A stretch of DNA of 32,000 nt from Opitutia bacterium KCR 482 (GCA_029269845.2 CP149973.1:900001-932000); one strand, 5' to 3'. Counted from the first letter of the stretch, positions 1 through 8,058 are shown. Numbers and translations are program-made. The notes: generated by a model from the sequence alone, not told the origin.

Positions 1-43
1 TATTAAAGATTCTTCATGAAATCACACCTCAACCCTTTGTCAA

Positions 44-66
44 CAAAAAAATAAGGCTAGAGCCTT
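44..66 (-). terminator. Weak terminator-like hairpin; also the 5' boundary palindrome of repeat locus R1
   Basis: aaggctagagcctt (53-66) is preceded on the + strand by an A-run (44-51), so it reads as hairpin plus T-run on the minus strand. The stem is only 5 bp. It is homologous in position to the palindrome taggctgcagccta that starts locus R2. Confidence 0.2.
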
Positions 67-440
67 AACGCCGCAGATGGGGGCTACCGCCCCCATGAGG
101 CGGATTTTGCTTTGCAAAATTTCTCCGCCTCCGCCCCCGCAGGCTGCCTGCACGGCAACAGAGGGGGCTGCCGCCCCTCTCGTCGGAGCTTCGCTCCTTT
201 CGGTGGTTATGCGGCGCGGGTATACCCGCGCCTTTCCCCGATTAGTTCGTATTGACTTCGCCAATTACTGTCATTAGAGAATGCTTTATGTTTGCAAGAA
301 ACAATAAAAAAATAGACGCGCTTTGCGCGGATAAAAATAAAAATCGAAAATCCGCAAACATGGATTCTCCGCCTACCGTTCCACCCTACTTTAATCCCAG
401 CGCATTTTAAAAATCTTCCGCGCCGTGCGCTCACTATTTA

Positions 441-500
441 GGCGCGTTAGAGTGCCGTTCAAACGGTGGCTTTCACGCATGCGCAGGGTGCGTGGCGTAC
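441..500 (+). repeat. X'1: 5'-arm-only half copy of the X hairpin element
   Basis: ggcgcgttagagtgccgttcaaacggtggctttcacgcatgcgcagggtgcgtggcgtac aligns to the 5' arm of X1 (21994-22053). It stops exactly at the apical stem (..gcgtggcgtac) and joins gctacaatccgcaaatat, the same junction as at 22176/22177. Confidence 0.7.
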
Positions 501-597
501 GCTACAATCCGCAAATATGGATTCTCCGCTTACCAATCAACTCCGCTTTTATCCCAAAGCATTTTAAAAATCTTCGTGCGCAAGCACTCACTATTTA

Positions 598-720
598 GGC
601 GCGTCAAAGTGCCAGTATAAGGGCGGCTTTGTGCACGGAACAGGGCGCGTAGCATACTTGGCGTATGTAAGCGGTCTGGAACGTGCGCGAAACGCCCTTA
701 GACTAGTGCTTTCACGCGCC
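598..720 (+). ncRNA. X3: full 123-nt rod-like hairpin element (candidate structured RNA, family unknown)
   Basis: ggcgcgt(598-604) pairs with acgcgcc(714-720). A conserved C-C mismatch (605/713) follows. Further helices are aaagtgc/gtgcttt, taaggg/ccctta, gtgcacg/cgtgcgc and the apical gcatac-ttggc-gtatgt. Compensatory differences relative to X1/X2. Confidence 0.5.
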
Positions 721-731
721 GTTAAGCCCCG

Positions 732-1403
732 TCATCGGCGGTTGTTCGCCGCGGAGATGAGATATAGGAGCCAGCCGAGCGACGACACAAACGCCGCCAC
801 ATACGTGAACGCCGCCGCGTCCAGAACCTCTCCCACGCCTCTGCCTTCCGCTCCGTCAACAAATCCCAAGTTGCGCAGTTGCGCCTTCGCCCTGTTCGAC
901 GCGTCGAATTCCACCGGCAGCGTTATGAGCTGGAACAGCGTCAAAACTATGTAAATTCCGATGCCCGCGTAAATGGTAATCATGCTGTTGAACAGGAAAA
1001 ATCCGCCGAGCATTACGATTGGCAGAAGCGAGCACGCAAAATTTGTTATCGGCACAAGAGCCATGCGCAGATTGAGCGGCGCGTAGGCGCATTTATGCTG
1101 GATTGCGTGTCCCGCCTCGTGCGCGGCGACGCCGAGGGCGGCAATCGACCGCCCGCGGTAGTTTTCGGTGCTGAGGGCGAGCACTTTTTTCGTCGGGTCG
1201 TAGTGGTCGGTTAGGTGCCCCGCGATTTCGACGATTTGCACGTCGTCGATGCCCGCCGACTGCATGACGGCCGCCGCCGCGTCGCGCCCCGTCGCGCCCG
1301 AGCGCGTGGCGACGCGCGAGTATTTTTCGTATGCCGAAGACACCTTTGCCTGCGCGTACATGCCGATGATTATCGGCACTAAAATCAATACGAGAAATTC
1401 CAT
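732..1403 (-). CDS. Membrane zinc metallopeptidase (YpfJ/Zn_peptidase_2-like)
   Basis: 223-aa ORF with an HEAGHAIQH (HExxH) motif and hydrophobic N-terminal and C-terminal segments. Its start lies 1 nt after the folA stop. Confidence 0.85.
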   Translation of the reverse strand: MEFLVLILVPIIIGMYAQAKVSSAYEKYSRVATRSGATGRDAAAAVMQSAGIDDVQIVEIAGHLTDHYDPTKKVLALSTENYRGRSIAALGVAAHEAGHAIQHKCAYAPLNLRMALVPITNFACSLLPIVMLGGFFLFNSMITIYAGIGIYIVLTLFQLITLPVEFDASNRAKAQLRNLGFVDGAEGRGVGEVLDAAAFTYVAAFVSSLGWLLYLISAANNRR

Positions 1404-1404
1404 A

Positions 1405-1881
1405 TTACTTCCTTCTCACATATCTGACAACGTCGAACTGCGGGTGGCTCAAAATAGTTTCGGAAGCCTCGAATTTGCCGTCGAATTTCGGGAAGAACAC
1501 GTCGCCCTGCGGAGACATTTTCACGCGGCTTATGACGAGTTCGGAGCAGAAGTCGAGGGCGGTTTCGTAGAGCTTTGCGCCGCCGATAATCCAGAGCGTG
1601 CGGGGGTCGGCGGCGTAAAACCGCGCGAGTTCGTCGAGCGAGCGGAACGCGCGCGCGCCGCCCGCGATTTCTTCGGGGCGCGAGGTAATCACGACGTTCT
1701 CGCGGTTCGGGAGCGGCTTGCAGCCGAGGCTTTCCCAAGTGCGCCGCCCCATCGCGACAATTCCTCCGAGGGTCGTTTTCTTGAAGTGTTTGAAGTCTTC
1801 GGAAATGTGCCACGGAATGGAGAGTCCGCTGCCAATCACCCCGTTTTCGGCAACCGCCGCTATCGCCTTGAATTCGCTCAT
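1405..1881 (-). CDS. folA: Dihydrofolate reductase
   Basis: 158 aa. [14 protein letters not shown] and GRRTWESLG motifs are typical of DHFR. ATGA start/stop overlap with thyA at 1878-1881. Confidence 0.95.
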   Translation of the reverse strand: MSEFKAIAAVAENGVIGSGLSIPWHISEDFKHFKKTTLGGIVAMGRRTWESLGCKPLPNRENVVITSRPEEIAGGARAFRSLDELARFYAADPRTLWIIGGAKLYETALDFCSELVISRVKMSPQGDVFFPKFDGKFEASETILSHPQFDVVRYVRRK

Positions 1882-2675
1882 ACGGCAATGGGGGCTTTGA
1901 TTGTCGGGTGCGGGTCGTAGCCTTCGAGGGTGAAGTCTTCGTATACGAATTCGTCAAGCTCGCGGCGGTCGGGGTTGAGCTTCATTTTGGGAAGCGCGCG
2001 GGGCTCGCGCGAGAGCTGTTCGCGGACTTGGTCGAGGTGGTTTTTGTAAATGTGGAGGTCGCCGAAAGTGTGGACAAACTCGCGCGGTTTCAGCCCGCAG
2101 ACCTGCGCCACCATCATCGTGAGGAGCGCGTAGGAGGCGATGTTGAACGGAACGCCGAGGAAGAGGTCGGCACTGCGCTGGTAGAGCTGGCAGCTCAGCC
2201 CGCCGTCGGGCGAAACGTAGAGCTGGAAGAGCGCGTGGCAGGGGGGAAGCGCCATTTTGTCAAGCTCGCCGGGGTTCCACGCGCTTACGATGTGCCTGCG
2301 CCCGAAGGGGTCTTTGCGGATTCCCTCGACGAGGTTTTTGATTTGGTCGATATGCCTGCCGTCGGGAGCGCGCCAGTCGCGCCACTGGGCGCCGTAAACG
2401 CGGCCGAGGTTGCCGTCTTTGTCGGCCCATTCGTCCCAAATCGAGACGCGGTTTTCGTTCAGAAATTTGATGTTGGTGTCGCCGCGCAGAAACCAGAGCA
2501 GCTCGTAGATAATCGAGCGGGTGTGGAGTTTTTTTGTCGTAAGAAGCGGAAAGGATTCGCGGAGGTCGAAGCGCGCCTGCGCCCCGAACACGCCGATTGT
2601 GCCGACGCCCGTTCTGTCGGAGCGTTCGGAGCCGTTTTCCATTACGAGTTTCAAAAGGTTCAAATATTCTTTCAT
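1878..2675 (-). CDS. thyA: Thymidylate synthase
   Basis: [32 protein letters not shown] (catalytic Cys)..[16 protein letters not shown]. The ORF extends to 2687 (MGSV-), but alignment logic with ThyA N-termini favours the ATG at 2675. Confidence 0.95.
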   Translation of the reverse strand: MKEYLNLLKLVMENGSERSDRTGVGTIGVFGAQARFDLRESFPLLTTKKLHTRSIIYELLWFLRGDTNIKFLNENRVSIWDEWADKDGNLGRVYGAQWRDWRAPDGRHIDQIKNLVEGIRKDPFGRRHIVSAWNPGELDKMALPPCHALFQLYVSPDGGLSCQLYQRSADLFLGVPFNIASYALLTMMVAQVCGLKPREFVHTFGDLHIYKNHLDQVREQLSREPRALPKMKLNPDRRELDEFVYEDFTLEGYDPHPTIKAPIAV

Positions 2676-2920
2676 TACCGAACCCATAAAATCGAAACGC
2701 TCCGCCCCTTACAACAAAAAAATCTCGCCAGCCACGCCGAGAAAAGAAAACGCGGACAACGCCCAAACACTACCGCGCGTCAACGACAACTCCACGAACC
2801 GCCCAATGCCAACCAGTCGTATGTGTTTAGGCTCGGTTTCAGATTTCCGTCCAGAACAACATCATATGCCGTCGTTATATCGCAACCGTGGTAGCCCGTA
2901 AGTATGAGCGAAGAATTCAT

Positions 2921-3091
2921 TTATTTGCTTTTCTTCGCCTTCTTACGTTTATCAAGATCTGGGTCGATAGCCCTCAAAAAGGCATCGGTTTTACTCTGGC
3001 TGCGGCGGATAATTCGCGCGGCATCTCTGATAACGCGCACTTGACGTTGGATTTCTTCTTCTGTCTGTGTTGCTATCATTGCCATGCCCAT
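2921..3091 (-). CDS. Small hypothetical protein (56 aa, Lys-rich C-terminus)
   Basis: The internal ATG at 3091 is preceded by aaaaggaagagatt (Shine-Dalgarno-like). Sequence MGMAMIATQTEEEIQRQVRVIRDAARIIRRSQSKTDAFLRAIDPDLDKRKKAKKSK. No family recognised. The longer 86-aa version (3181) overlaps the rpsU terminator region. Confidence 0.4.
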   Translation of the reverse strand: MGMAMIATQTEEEIQRQVRVIRDAARIIRRSQSKTDAFLRAIDPDLDKRKKAKKSK

Positions 3092-3187
3092 AATCTCTTC
3101 CTTTTGTCCGATTTTGTCAACGGTTAGTTTTCTGCAAAATCGGCAAAACTTGGGGATTTTGAATTTCCCGCGCCGCGGCAAACGCGC

Positions 3188-3220
3188 AAAAAAAAAAGAC
3201 TTCGGAAAAATCCGAAGTCT
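3188..3220 (-). terminator. Rho-independent terminator downstream of rpsU
   Basis: 9-bp stem agacttcgg/ccgaagtct (3197-3205 / 3212-3220), followed on the minus strand by a T10 run (A-run 3188-3197 on +, sharing position 3197 with the stem). Confidence 0.75.
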
Positions 3221-3243
3221 TAAAAGAAAGGTTGCTTGCCCGA

Positions 3244-3444
3244 TTAGCGGTTTTCGTAACGCTGGCGGAGCATATTGTTGAAGGCGGCAACTTTGTTCTT
3301 GCGACGTTTGATTTCGCAGGGTTTTTCGTAGTAGCGCTTCTGGCGGACGTCGCGAATGACGCCTTCGCGGTCGAGCTTCTTTTTGAGACGGCGGAGAGCC
3401 TTCTCCATTGCTTCACCCTTGCGCAATTTAACTTCTACTGACAT
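3244..3444 (-). CDS. rpsU: 30S ribosomal protein S21
   Basis: MSVEVKLRKGEAMEKALRRLKKKLDREGVIRDVRQKRYYEKPCEIKRRK.. is S21-like. A strong SD, aaggaggtga, lies upstream. The ATG at 3444 has better SD spacing than the ORF-maximal ATG at 3450. Confidence 0.93.
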   Translation of the reverse strand: MSVEVKLRKGEAMEKALRRLKKKLDREGVIRDVRQKRYYEKPCEIKRRKNKVAAFNNMLRQRYENR

Positions 3445-3479
3445 TACCATTCACCTCCTTCTATGAAAATTCGATTTCG

Positions 3480-3552
<73 letters not shown>

Positions 3553-3716
3553 AAAATCAATATTCAACGCATACTGTACATTCGCGTTCGCTATGCAAGA
3601 AAAAAATTAAAAATTTTTAAACAAACTCCGTTTCCCTCAAAATCGCGCACCGAAACGGCTCGCCGAGTTTGCCGCAAAAATCCGCGCCTCCTCCCCGCGC
3701 CCGCCGTTATTAGTTG

Positions 3717-3746
3717 TTGACGCCGACGCCGCGCTTAAAATACAAT
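3717..3746 (+). promoter_or_regulatory. Sigma70-like promoter TTGACG-18-TACAAT, 6 nt upstream of the ATG (leaderless candidate)
   Basis: TTGACG at 3717-3722 and TACAAT at 3741-3746. The first ATG of the hydrolase is at 3753, with no SD between them. Confidence 0.45.
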
Positions 3747-3752
3747 GTCCTT

Positions 3753-4655
3753 ATGAAAAATACATATCTGAAACCGCTCTTTGCGGCGTTTGCCGCCGCC
3801 CTCGCATGCCTTTCCGCCGACGCCGAAACCGTCGCGCTTTGGGGCGACGGGCAAATGCAGGGACGCTCCGCGCAGACGGACACCCTCAACAAGCGCAACA
3901 TGTTCAACGGCATAAAAACCCCCGCGCTCGAACTCTTTTTGGCGAAGTCCGACAAGCCGAACGGGCTGGTCGTGATTGCTCCTGGGGGCGGATACCAAAT
4001 TCTCGCATACCCGCACGAGGGCGTTCAGATTGCCGAATGGCTCAACAAATGCGGAATTTCCGCGGCGGTTCTCAAATACAGAGTGCCCGACTTCCCCGCT
4101 GAGGCTCTCGCCGACATTCAGCGGGCGATAAGGCTCGTCCGCGCGAACGCGAAAGCGTGGAATGTCGACCCCGACAAAATCGGCGTAATGGGCTTTTCTG
4201 CGGGCGCAAACCTCTGCGCGCGCGTGTCCACAAACTACGGGAAAGACGCCTACGCGCCCGTGGACGACGCCGACAAGCTCTCCGCGCGCCCCGATGCCAC
4301 ATGCCTGATTTACCCTGCATACTGCGACAGGCAGGGCTTCGACAGACGCTGGAACAACGCAAAGTTCGACTTCGACGCCGACATTCAAACCCTCTACTCG
4401 CCCGCCGAAAACCTCGGCGTAGACAAAAACACGCCGCCCGTTTTCATAGCGCAGTCGCTCGACGACAAAAACTACATCAATTCGGGGATAGCGTATTTTC
4501 TCGCGGCAAAACGCGCGGGGATAAAGGCGAACCTGCACGTTTTCGAAGCGGGCGGGCACGGCTACGGGCTTGCGGCGAAAAGCGGAGGACTCCACGCCGA
4601 CTGGCCCATGCTCGCCGAAAAATGGTTCGCCGCGAGGGGATTTTCAAACAAATAA
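3753..4655 (+). CDS. Secreted alpha/beta hydrolase (acetyl-esterase/lipase-like), paralog 1
   Basis: Signal peptide MKNTYLKPLFAAFAAALACLSADA, oxyanion region APGGGY, nucleophile elbow GFSAGA, and C-terminal GGHGY (His). Confidence 0.88.
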   Translation: MKNTYLKPLFAAFAAALACLSADAETVALWGDGQMQGRSAQTDTLNKRNMFNGIKTPALELFLAKSDKPNGLVVIAPGGGYQILAYPHEGVQIAEWLNKCGISAAVLKYRVPDFPAEALADIQRAIRLVRANAKAWNVDPDKIGVMGFSAGANLCARVSTNYGKDAYAPVDDADKLSARPDATCLIYPAYCDRQGFDRRWNNAKFDFDADIQTLYSPAENLGVDKNTPPVFIAQSLDDKNYINSGIAYFLAAKRAGIKANLHVFEAGGHGYGLAAKSGGLHADWPMLAEKWFAARGFSNK

Positions 4656-4670
4656 GCCTGCATGCTGAAT

Positions 4671-5546
4671 ATGAAAAAATATCTTAATACAATAATTTCC
4701 GCGGCACTTGCTTTCGCCGCGGCAAACGCATACGCCGCCCCGCAAAAGACGGTCGAAATCTGGGACGGCGTAAAAATGGCGGGCGAGGCAAAGCCCTACA
4801 AGGGCAAAAAGACAAACGACAACAACGTCTGGTACTCGGTTCAAGCCCCCGTGCTCGACCTCTACCTGCTTGAATCCGACAAGCCCAGAGGCTTTGTAAT
4901 CGTATGCCCGGGGGGCGCGTACTATGCTTTGTGCATAGGGCACGAGGGCGAAAAAATCGCGAAGTTCCTCAACAAAAAAGGCTATTCGGCGGCGGTTTTG
5001 AAATACCGCATTCCGAACAATTTCGACGGCGCTCTAATGGACGCCCAACGCGCGGTAAGAATCGCGAGGGCTAACGCAAAGGCGTGGAACATCAAGCCCG
5101 ACAAAATCGCGATAATGGGTTTTTCGGCGGGCGCAAGCCTCGCCGCGCGCGCGTCCACAAACTACGGCAAAAAGCTCTACGCGCCCGTGGACGACGCCGA
5201 CAGGCTCTCCGCGCGTCCCGACGCAACCTGCCTGATTTACCCCGCCTACTGCTCGCAGCCCGAAAAAGACCGCCGCTTCAAAAAAGGCGGCGCGAAAGAC
5301 GGCGACTCCTACGACGCGCGCTACAAAATTGCCGACTGGAACGTTGTCGACAAAAACACGCCGCCCGCATTCATCACCCAAACGCAGTTCGACCCCTACG
5401 TAGACGCGTCCATCGCCTACTACCTCGCGCTCAAAGAGGCGAAAGTTCCCGCGCAGCTGCACATGCTGCCCGTCGGCAAGCACGGCTATCAGGACAAAAA
5501 AGTTTTCGAAATGTACGCCGATTGGCTGAAATCCAACGGATTTTAA
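4671..5546 (+). CDS. Secreted alpha/beta hydrolase, paralog 2
   Basis: Signal peptide MKKYLNTIISAALAFAAANAYA. It shares the block ANAKAWN..PDKI..MGFSAGA..STNYGK..YAPVDDAD.LSARPDATCLIYPAYC with paralog 1. An alternative start is at 4662. Confidence 0.88.
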   Translation: MKKYLNTIISAALAFAAANAYAAPQKTVEIWDGVKMAGEAKPYKGKKTNDNNVWYSVQAPVLDLYLLESDKPRGFVIVCPGGAYYALCIGHEGEKIAKFLNKKGYSAAVLKYRIPNNFDGALMDAQRAVRIARANAKAWNIKPDKIAIMGFSAGASLAARASTNYGKKLYAPVDDADRLSARPDATCLIYPAYCSQPEKDRRFKKGGAKDGDSYDARYKIADWNVVDKNTPPAFITQTQFDPYVDASIAYYLALKEAKVPAQLHMLPVGKHGYQDKKVFEMYADWLKSNGF

Positions 5547-5561
5547 TTCGACAGAACAAGA

Positions 5562-6203
5562 ATGAACATCACCACATACGAACTCGGTCAGCTGGGCACA
5601 AACAGCTACCTGCTGTACCCCGACAACACCAACCTTGCGATTCTTGTCGACGCGCCGCTCGACGCCGCCGAGGAAATCCCCGCGCGGCTCGACGCCGACG
5701 GCAAAAAGCTTGCGGCAATCCTTTTGACGCACGGGCACTGGGACCATCTTTGGGACGCTGGCGCGCTCCAAAAGCGCACCGACGCAAAGCTCTACGCGGG
5801 CGCAATCGGGCGCGAGCTTGTGGAAAGCCCCGAATTCCAGCAAAAGAACTTCTACGCGCAGTCCGACTTCGACGCCGCGAAAATCGACGTTCCCGTAAAG
5901 GACGGCGACACGCTCGACATCGCGGGGCTTAAAATAAAATGCTTCGAAGCCGAGGGGCACTGCCCTGGGAGCATTGTCTACTACACCGACGACGGCGAGC
6001 ACAAATACCTCTTCGCGGGAGACGTCCTCTTTTCGGGAAGCGTCGGACGCTCCGACCTCTGGGGCGGCGATTTTTCGAAGCTCGAAAAGGCGATAAAAAC
6101 GCGCATCTACACGCTCCCCGACGAAACGATTGTCCTTCCCGGGCACGGAGAGGCTACGACCGTCGAGATTGAAAAACGCTCCAATCCCTACGTTTCCGAA
6201 TAA
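5562..6203 (+). CDS. MBL-fold metallo-hydrolase (glyoxalase II/YcbL-like)
   Basis: 213 aa with the THGHWDH (HxHxDH) motif and downstream EGHCPGS and GDVLF..GRSD motifs. Confidence 0.88.
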   Translation: MNITTYELGQLGTNSYLLYPDNTNLAILVDAPLDAAEEIPARLDADGKKLAAILLTHGHWDHLWDAGALQKRTDAKLYAGAIGRELVESPEFQQKNFYAQSDFDAAKIDVPVKDGDTLDIAGLKIKCFEAEGHCPGSIVYYTDDGEHKYLFAGDVLFSGSVGRSDLWGGDFSKLEKAIKTRIYTLPDETIVLPGHGEATTVEIEKRSNPYVSE

Positions 6204-7324
6204 TGGCGACCTCCGCAAAACCCGACGCATTCTACATGCGCCGCGCCCTCGAACTCGCGAAACGCGCGTGGGGCGACACCGCGCCCAACCCGATGGTGGG
6301 GGCGGTGCTCGTCAAAAACGGCGAAATAATCGGCGAGGGCTGGCACACGCGCGACGGCATGCCGCACGCGGAAATAGAGTGCCTGCGCAACGCAAAAGCC
6401 CCGCCCGACGGCGCAACGCTCTATGTTTCGCTCGAACCGTGCTCCACGCGCGGGCGCACGGGCGCATGCACCGAAGCCATAATCAAAGCGGGAATAGCCG
6501 AAGTGAAAATCGGAACTCTCGATCCCAACCCCGCCCACGCGGGACGCGCCCTGCCCATTCTCCGCGCGGCGGGCATAAAGTGCGAGTCGGGAATTTTGGA
6601 GGGCAAATGCCGCGGGCTAAATTTCATCTTCAACCACGCCATTACGCACTCCGAGCCGCTTGTCGCGCTAAAATACGCGGTGTCGGCGGACGGGAAAATA
6701 GCGGAAAGGCGCGGAGTTCGCACGCAAATTACAAACGAAGCGTCCCGCGCAAACATGATGGTGTGGCGCAGGCTGTTTTCGTCGATTGCCGTGGGGCGCG
6801 GCACGCTCGAATCGGACAATCCGTCGCTTACTGCACGGGGGCTTCCCGACGGCGACCACTGCGCGGAAAGGCTTGTCTTCGACGCGTCGCTCAACATCGC
6901 GCGGCACGCCGACCCTAAAAACTTCGCGCTGTTCTCCGACAAATTCGCAAACAAAACGCGAATCGTCTGCGGCGCGGAGGCGTCGGAGGAACGCGCCGAA
7001 ACGCTCGGAAAACTGGGGCTTCGGATTTTCAAAATAGCCGCGGCGGCGGGAACGCCCAAATTTTGGGAAAAGCTAAAAGAAAAGCTTTTCGCCGAGCGCA
7101 TAACGTCGCTTTACATAGAGGGCGGCGCGGGACTGATTAAGTCGGTCTGCGACGCGCGGGCGGCGGACTTCGCGTTCGAATACCGCGCGACGAAAACAAT
7201 AGGAGACGGCGGGCTGCCCGCTTTCGAAAACGGCGAAAGGCCGTTCGACATCGACGGCAAAACGCTTGCGCTCGACGGCGACACACTCACATTCGGGGAA
7301 ATAAAATGGAAGCGGACGCGGTAA
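6203..7324 (+). CDS. ribD: Bifunctional riboflavin biosynthesis deaminase/reductase
   Basis: CMP/dCMP-type deaminase motifs HAEIECL and PCSTRGRTGACT, plus a C-terminal RibD reductase-like domain. TAATG overlap with the upstream gene. Confidence 0.9.
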   Translation: MATSAKPDAFYMRRALELAKRAWGDTAPNPMVGAVLVKNGEIIGEGWHTRDGMPHAEIECLRNAKAPPDGATLYVSLEPCSTRGRTGACTEAIIKAGIAEVKIGTLDPNPAHAGRALPILRAAGIKCESGILEGKCRGLNFIFNHAITHSEPLVALKYAVSADGKIAERRGVRTQITNEASRANMMVWRRLFSSIAVGRGTLESDNPSLTARGLPDGDHCAERLVFDASLNIARHADPKNFALFSDKFANKTRIVCGAEASEERAETLGKLGLRIFKIAAAAGTPKFWEKLKEKLFAERITSLYIEGGAGLIKSVCDARAADFAFEYRATKTIGDGGLPAFENGERPFDIDGKTLALDGDTLTFGEIKWKRTR

Positions 7325-8058
7325 AATCGTACTTCGAGCGGGCGGAGGTTGTTGCCGACTACGCGCGGGCTGTGGACGAAGTGGGGCTTTGGAAGTCAGA
7401 GGAAGCGGTAATCTGCGCCCTTGTGCCGAAAGACGCCGCCGTGCTCGAACTCGGCTGCGGCGCGGGGCGCATAGGCATAAACCTCGCGCGGCGCGGATAC
7501 ACAAACGTGCTCTCGACCGACTTCTCCGAAAACATGGTGAAAATCGCCGAGGCAATCGGCGCGCGCGACGGGCTGAAAATGTCGTTTGCAGTCTGCGACG
7601 CAACCGCGCCCGCCCTGCCCGACGAATCGTTCGACGCCGCAATTTTCGGCTTCAACGGGCTTATGCAGATTCCGAAATCGGAAAACAGGGAAACCGCCGC
7701 GCGCGAAATTTTCAGGGTTTTGAAGTCGGGCGGAATCTTCGTGTTCACCACGCACGACCGCGAAGTGTCGGCGCACCGCCGCTACTGGGAATCGGAGGAA
7801 AAGCAGTGGGCGCACGGCGTCCAGGACCCGCGCCTCGACGACTTCGGCGACATCTACTACAAGGGGGAGCACGGGAACATTTTCATACATTCGCCGTCAA
7901 AAGACGAAGTGGCTGAAATGCTCGAACGCGCGGGCTTCGAAACGCTCTTCGCAAAACGCCGCTCGGAAATCGCGCAGGAAAACGCTTCCGTGGAGGAGTT
8001 TTCCGACGATTGCATATTCTGGGCGGCGAAAAAACCCGCGCCCCAAAAAATTTTATGA
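7306..8058 (+). CDS. Class I SAM-dependent methyltransferase
   Basis: Motif I VLELGCGAGRIG, an acidic residue in STDFS, and post-I/II motifs. It overlaps ribD by 19 nt and the next gene by ATGA. Confidence 0.85.
   Translation: MEADAVKSYFERAEVVADYARAVDEVGLWKSEEAVICALVPKDAAVLELGCGAGRIGINLARRGYTNVLSTDFSENMVKIAEAIGARDGLKMSFAVCDATAPALPDESFDAAIFGFNGLMQIPKSENRETAAREIFRVLKSGGIFVFTTHDREVSAHRRYWESEEKQWAHGVQDPRLDDFGDIYYKGEHGNIFIHSPSKDEVAEMLERAGFETLFAKRRSEIAQENASVEEFSDDCIFWAAKKPAPQKIL

Larger units (their letters stand above)
53..720 (+). repeat. Composite noncoding multi-hairpin locus R1 (~670 nt), paralog of 21652-22397
   Basis: Shares with R2, in the same order: boundary palindrome aggctNNagcct; tcggagcttcgctcctttcggtgRttatgcggcgcgg (183-219 vs 21672-21708); agttcgtattgRcttcgccaattact (244-269 vs 21801-21826); aatagacgcgcWttgcgcg (311-329 vs 21867-21885); Y spacers; X hairpins. 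No ORF with genome-like codon usage. Confidence 0.85.

Noticed and set aside
360-410. A 16-codon micro-ORF inside the Y modules (MDSPPTVPPYFNPSAF at 360-410 and MDSPLTNQLRFYPKAF at 517-567, same length and frame).
   Set aside because: The two R2 copies of Y lack the ATG. One has an early in-frame stop (ttg gaa tct ccg ctt act ttt taa). There is no SD, and the substitutions between the two R1 copies are mostly non-synonymous. The equal length follows from the indel-free nucleotide conservation.
547-556. DnaA-box-like ttatcccaa in each Y module, plus AT-rich tracts (possible oriC).
   Set aside because: There are two mismatches to TTATCCACA in every copy. The boxes are all in one orientation and occur in two loci 21 kb apart. 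No dnaA/dnaN context and no strand-bias switch of genes is visible.
441-720. CRISPR array interpretation of the repeated gcgtcaaagtgcc-containing units.
   Set aside because: The unit spacing is irregular (123, 156 and 158 nt). The sequences between the repeats are themselves conserved repeats (the Y modules). The repeats are more than 58-123 nt long, and no cas genes are present.
714-727. Integron attC site: X is an imperfect long hairpin, and GTTAAGC (a GTTRRRY core) follows X3.
   Set aside because: The GTT core is absent after X1 and X2. There is no inverse core RYYYAAC at the 5' ends, no cassette ORFs between the units, and no intI gene. The G-U versus A-C bias points to RNA rather than ssDNA folding.
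631-954. ORFs inside or spanning the repeat loci (40-264(-), 77-277(+), 207-434(-), 631-954(+), 22019-22297(+), 22311-22574(+)).
   Set aside because: They run through hairpin repeats and have atypical composition. They are not conserved between the two paralogous loci, and some overlap real convergent genes.
5034-6230. Long antisense or out-of-frame ORFs. Examples are 5034-6230(-), 8457-9911(-), 11664-12986(-), 22300-23811(+), 24234-25505(-), 25974-27230(-), 27935-29410(-), 29885-31351(-), 1908-2894(+) and 16789-17739(-), plus many shorter ones.
   Set aside because: Each lies opposite or out of frame to a gene with clear family motifs. Their translations are low-complexity, Arg/Ala/Gly/Val/Phe-rich, and have no recognisable motifs. 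Such shadow ORFs are expected in GC3-rich genomes.
8010-8054. ORF-maximal N-terminal extensions of real genes (8010, 10724, 13389, 27299, 3714, 18752, 2687).
   Set aside because: The extensions overlap the preceding gene, or precede an obvious signal peptide or a conserved family N-terminus. Internal ATGs give canonical N-termini.
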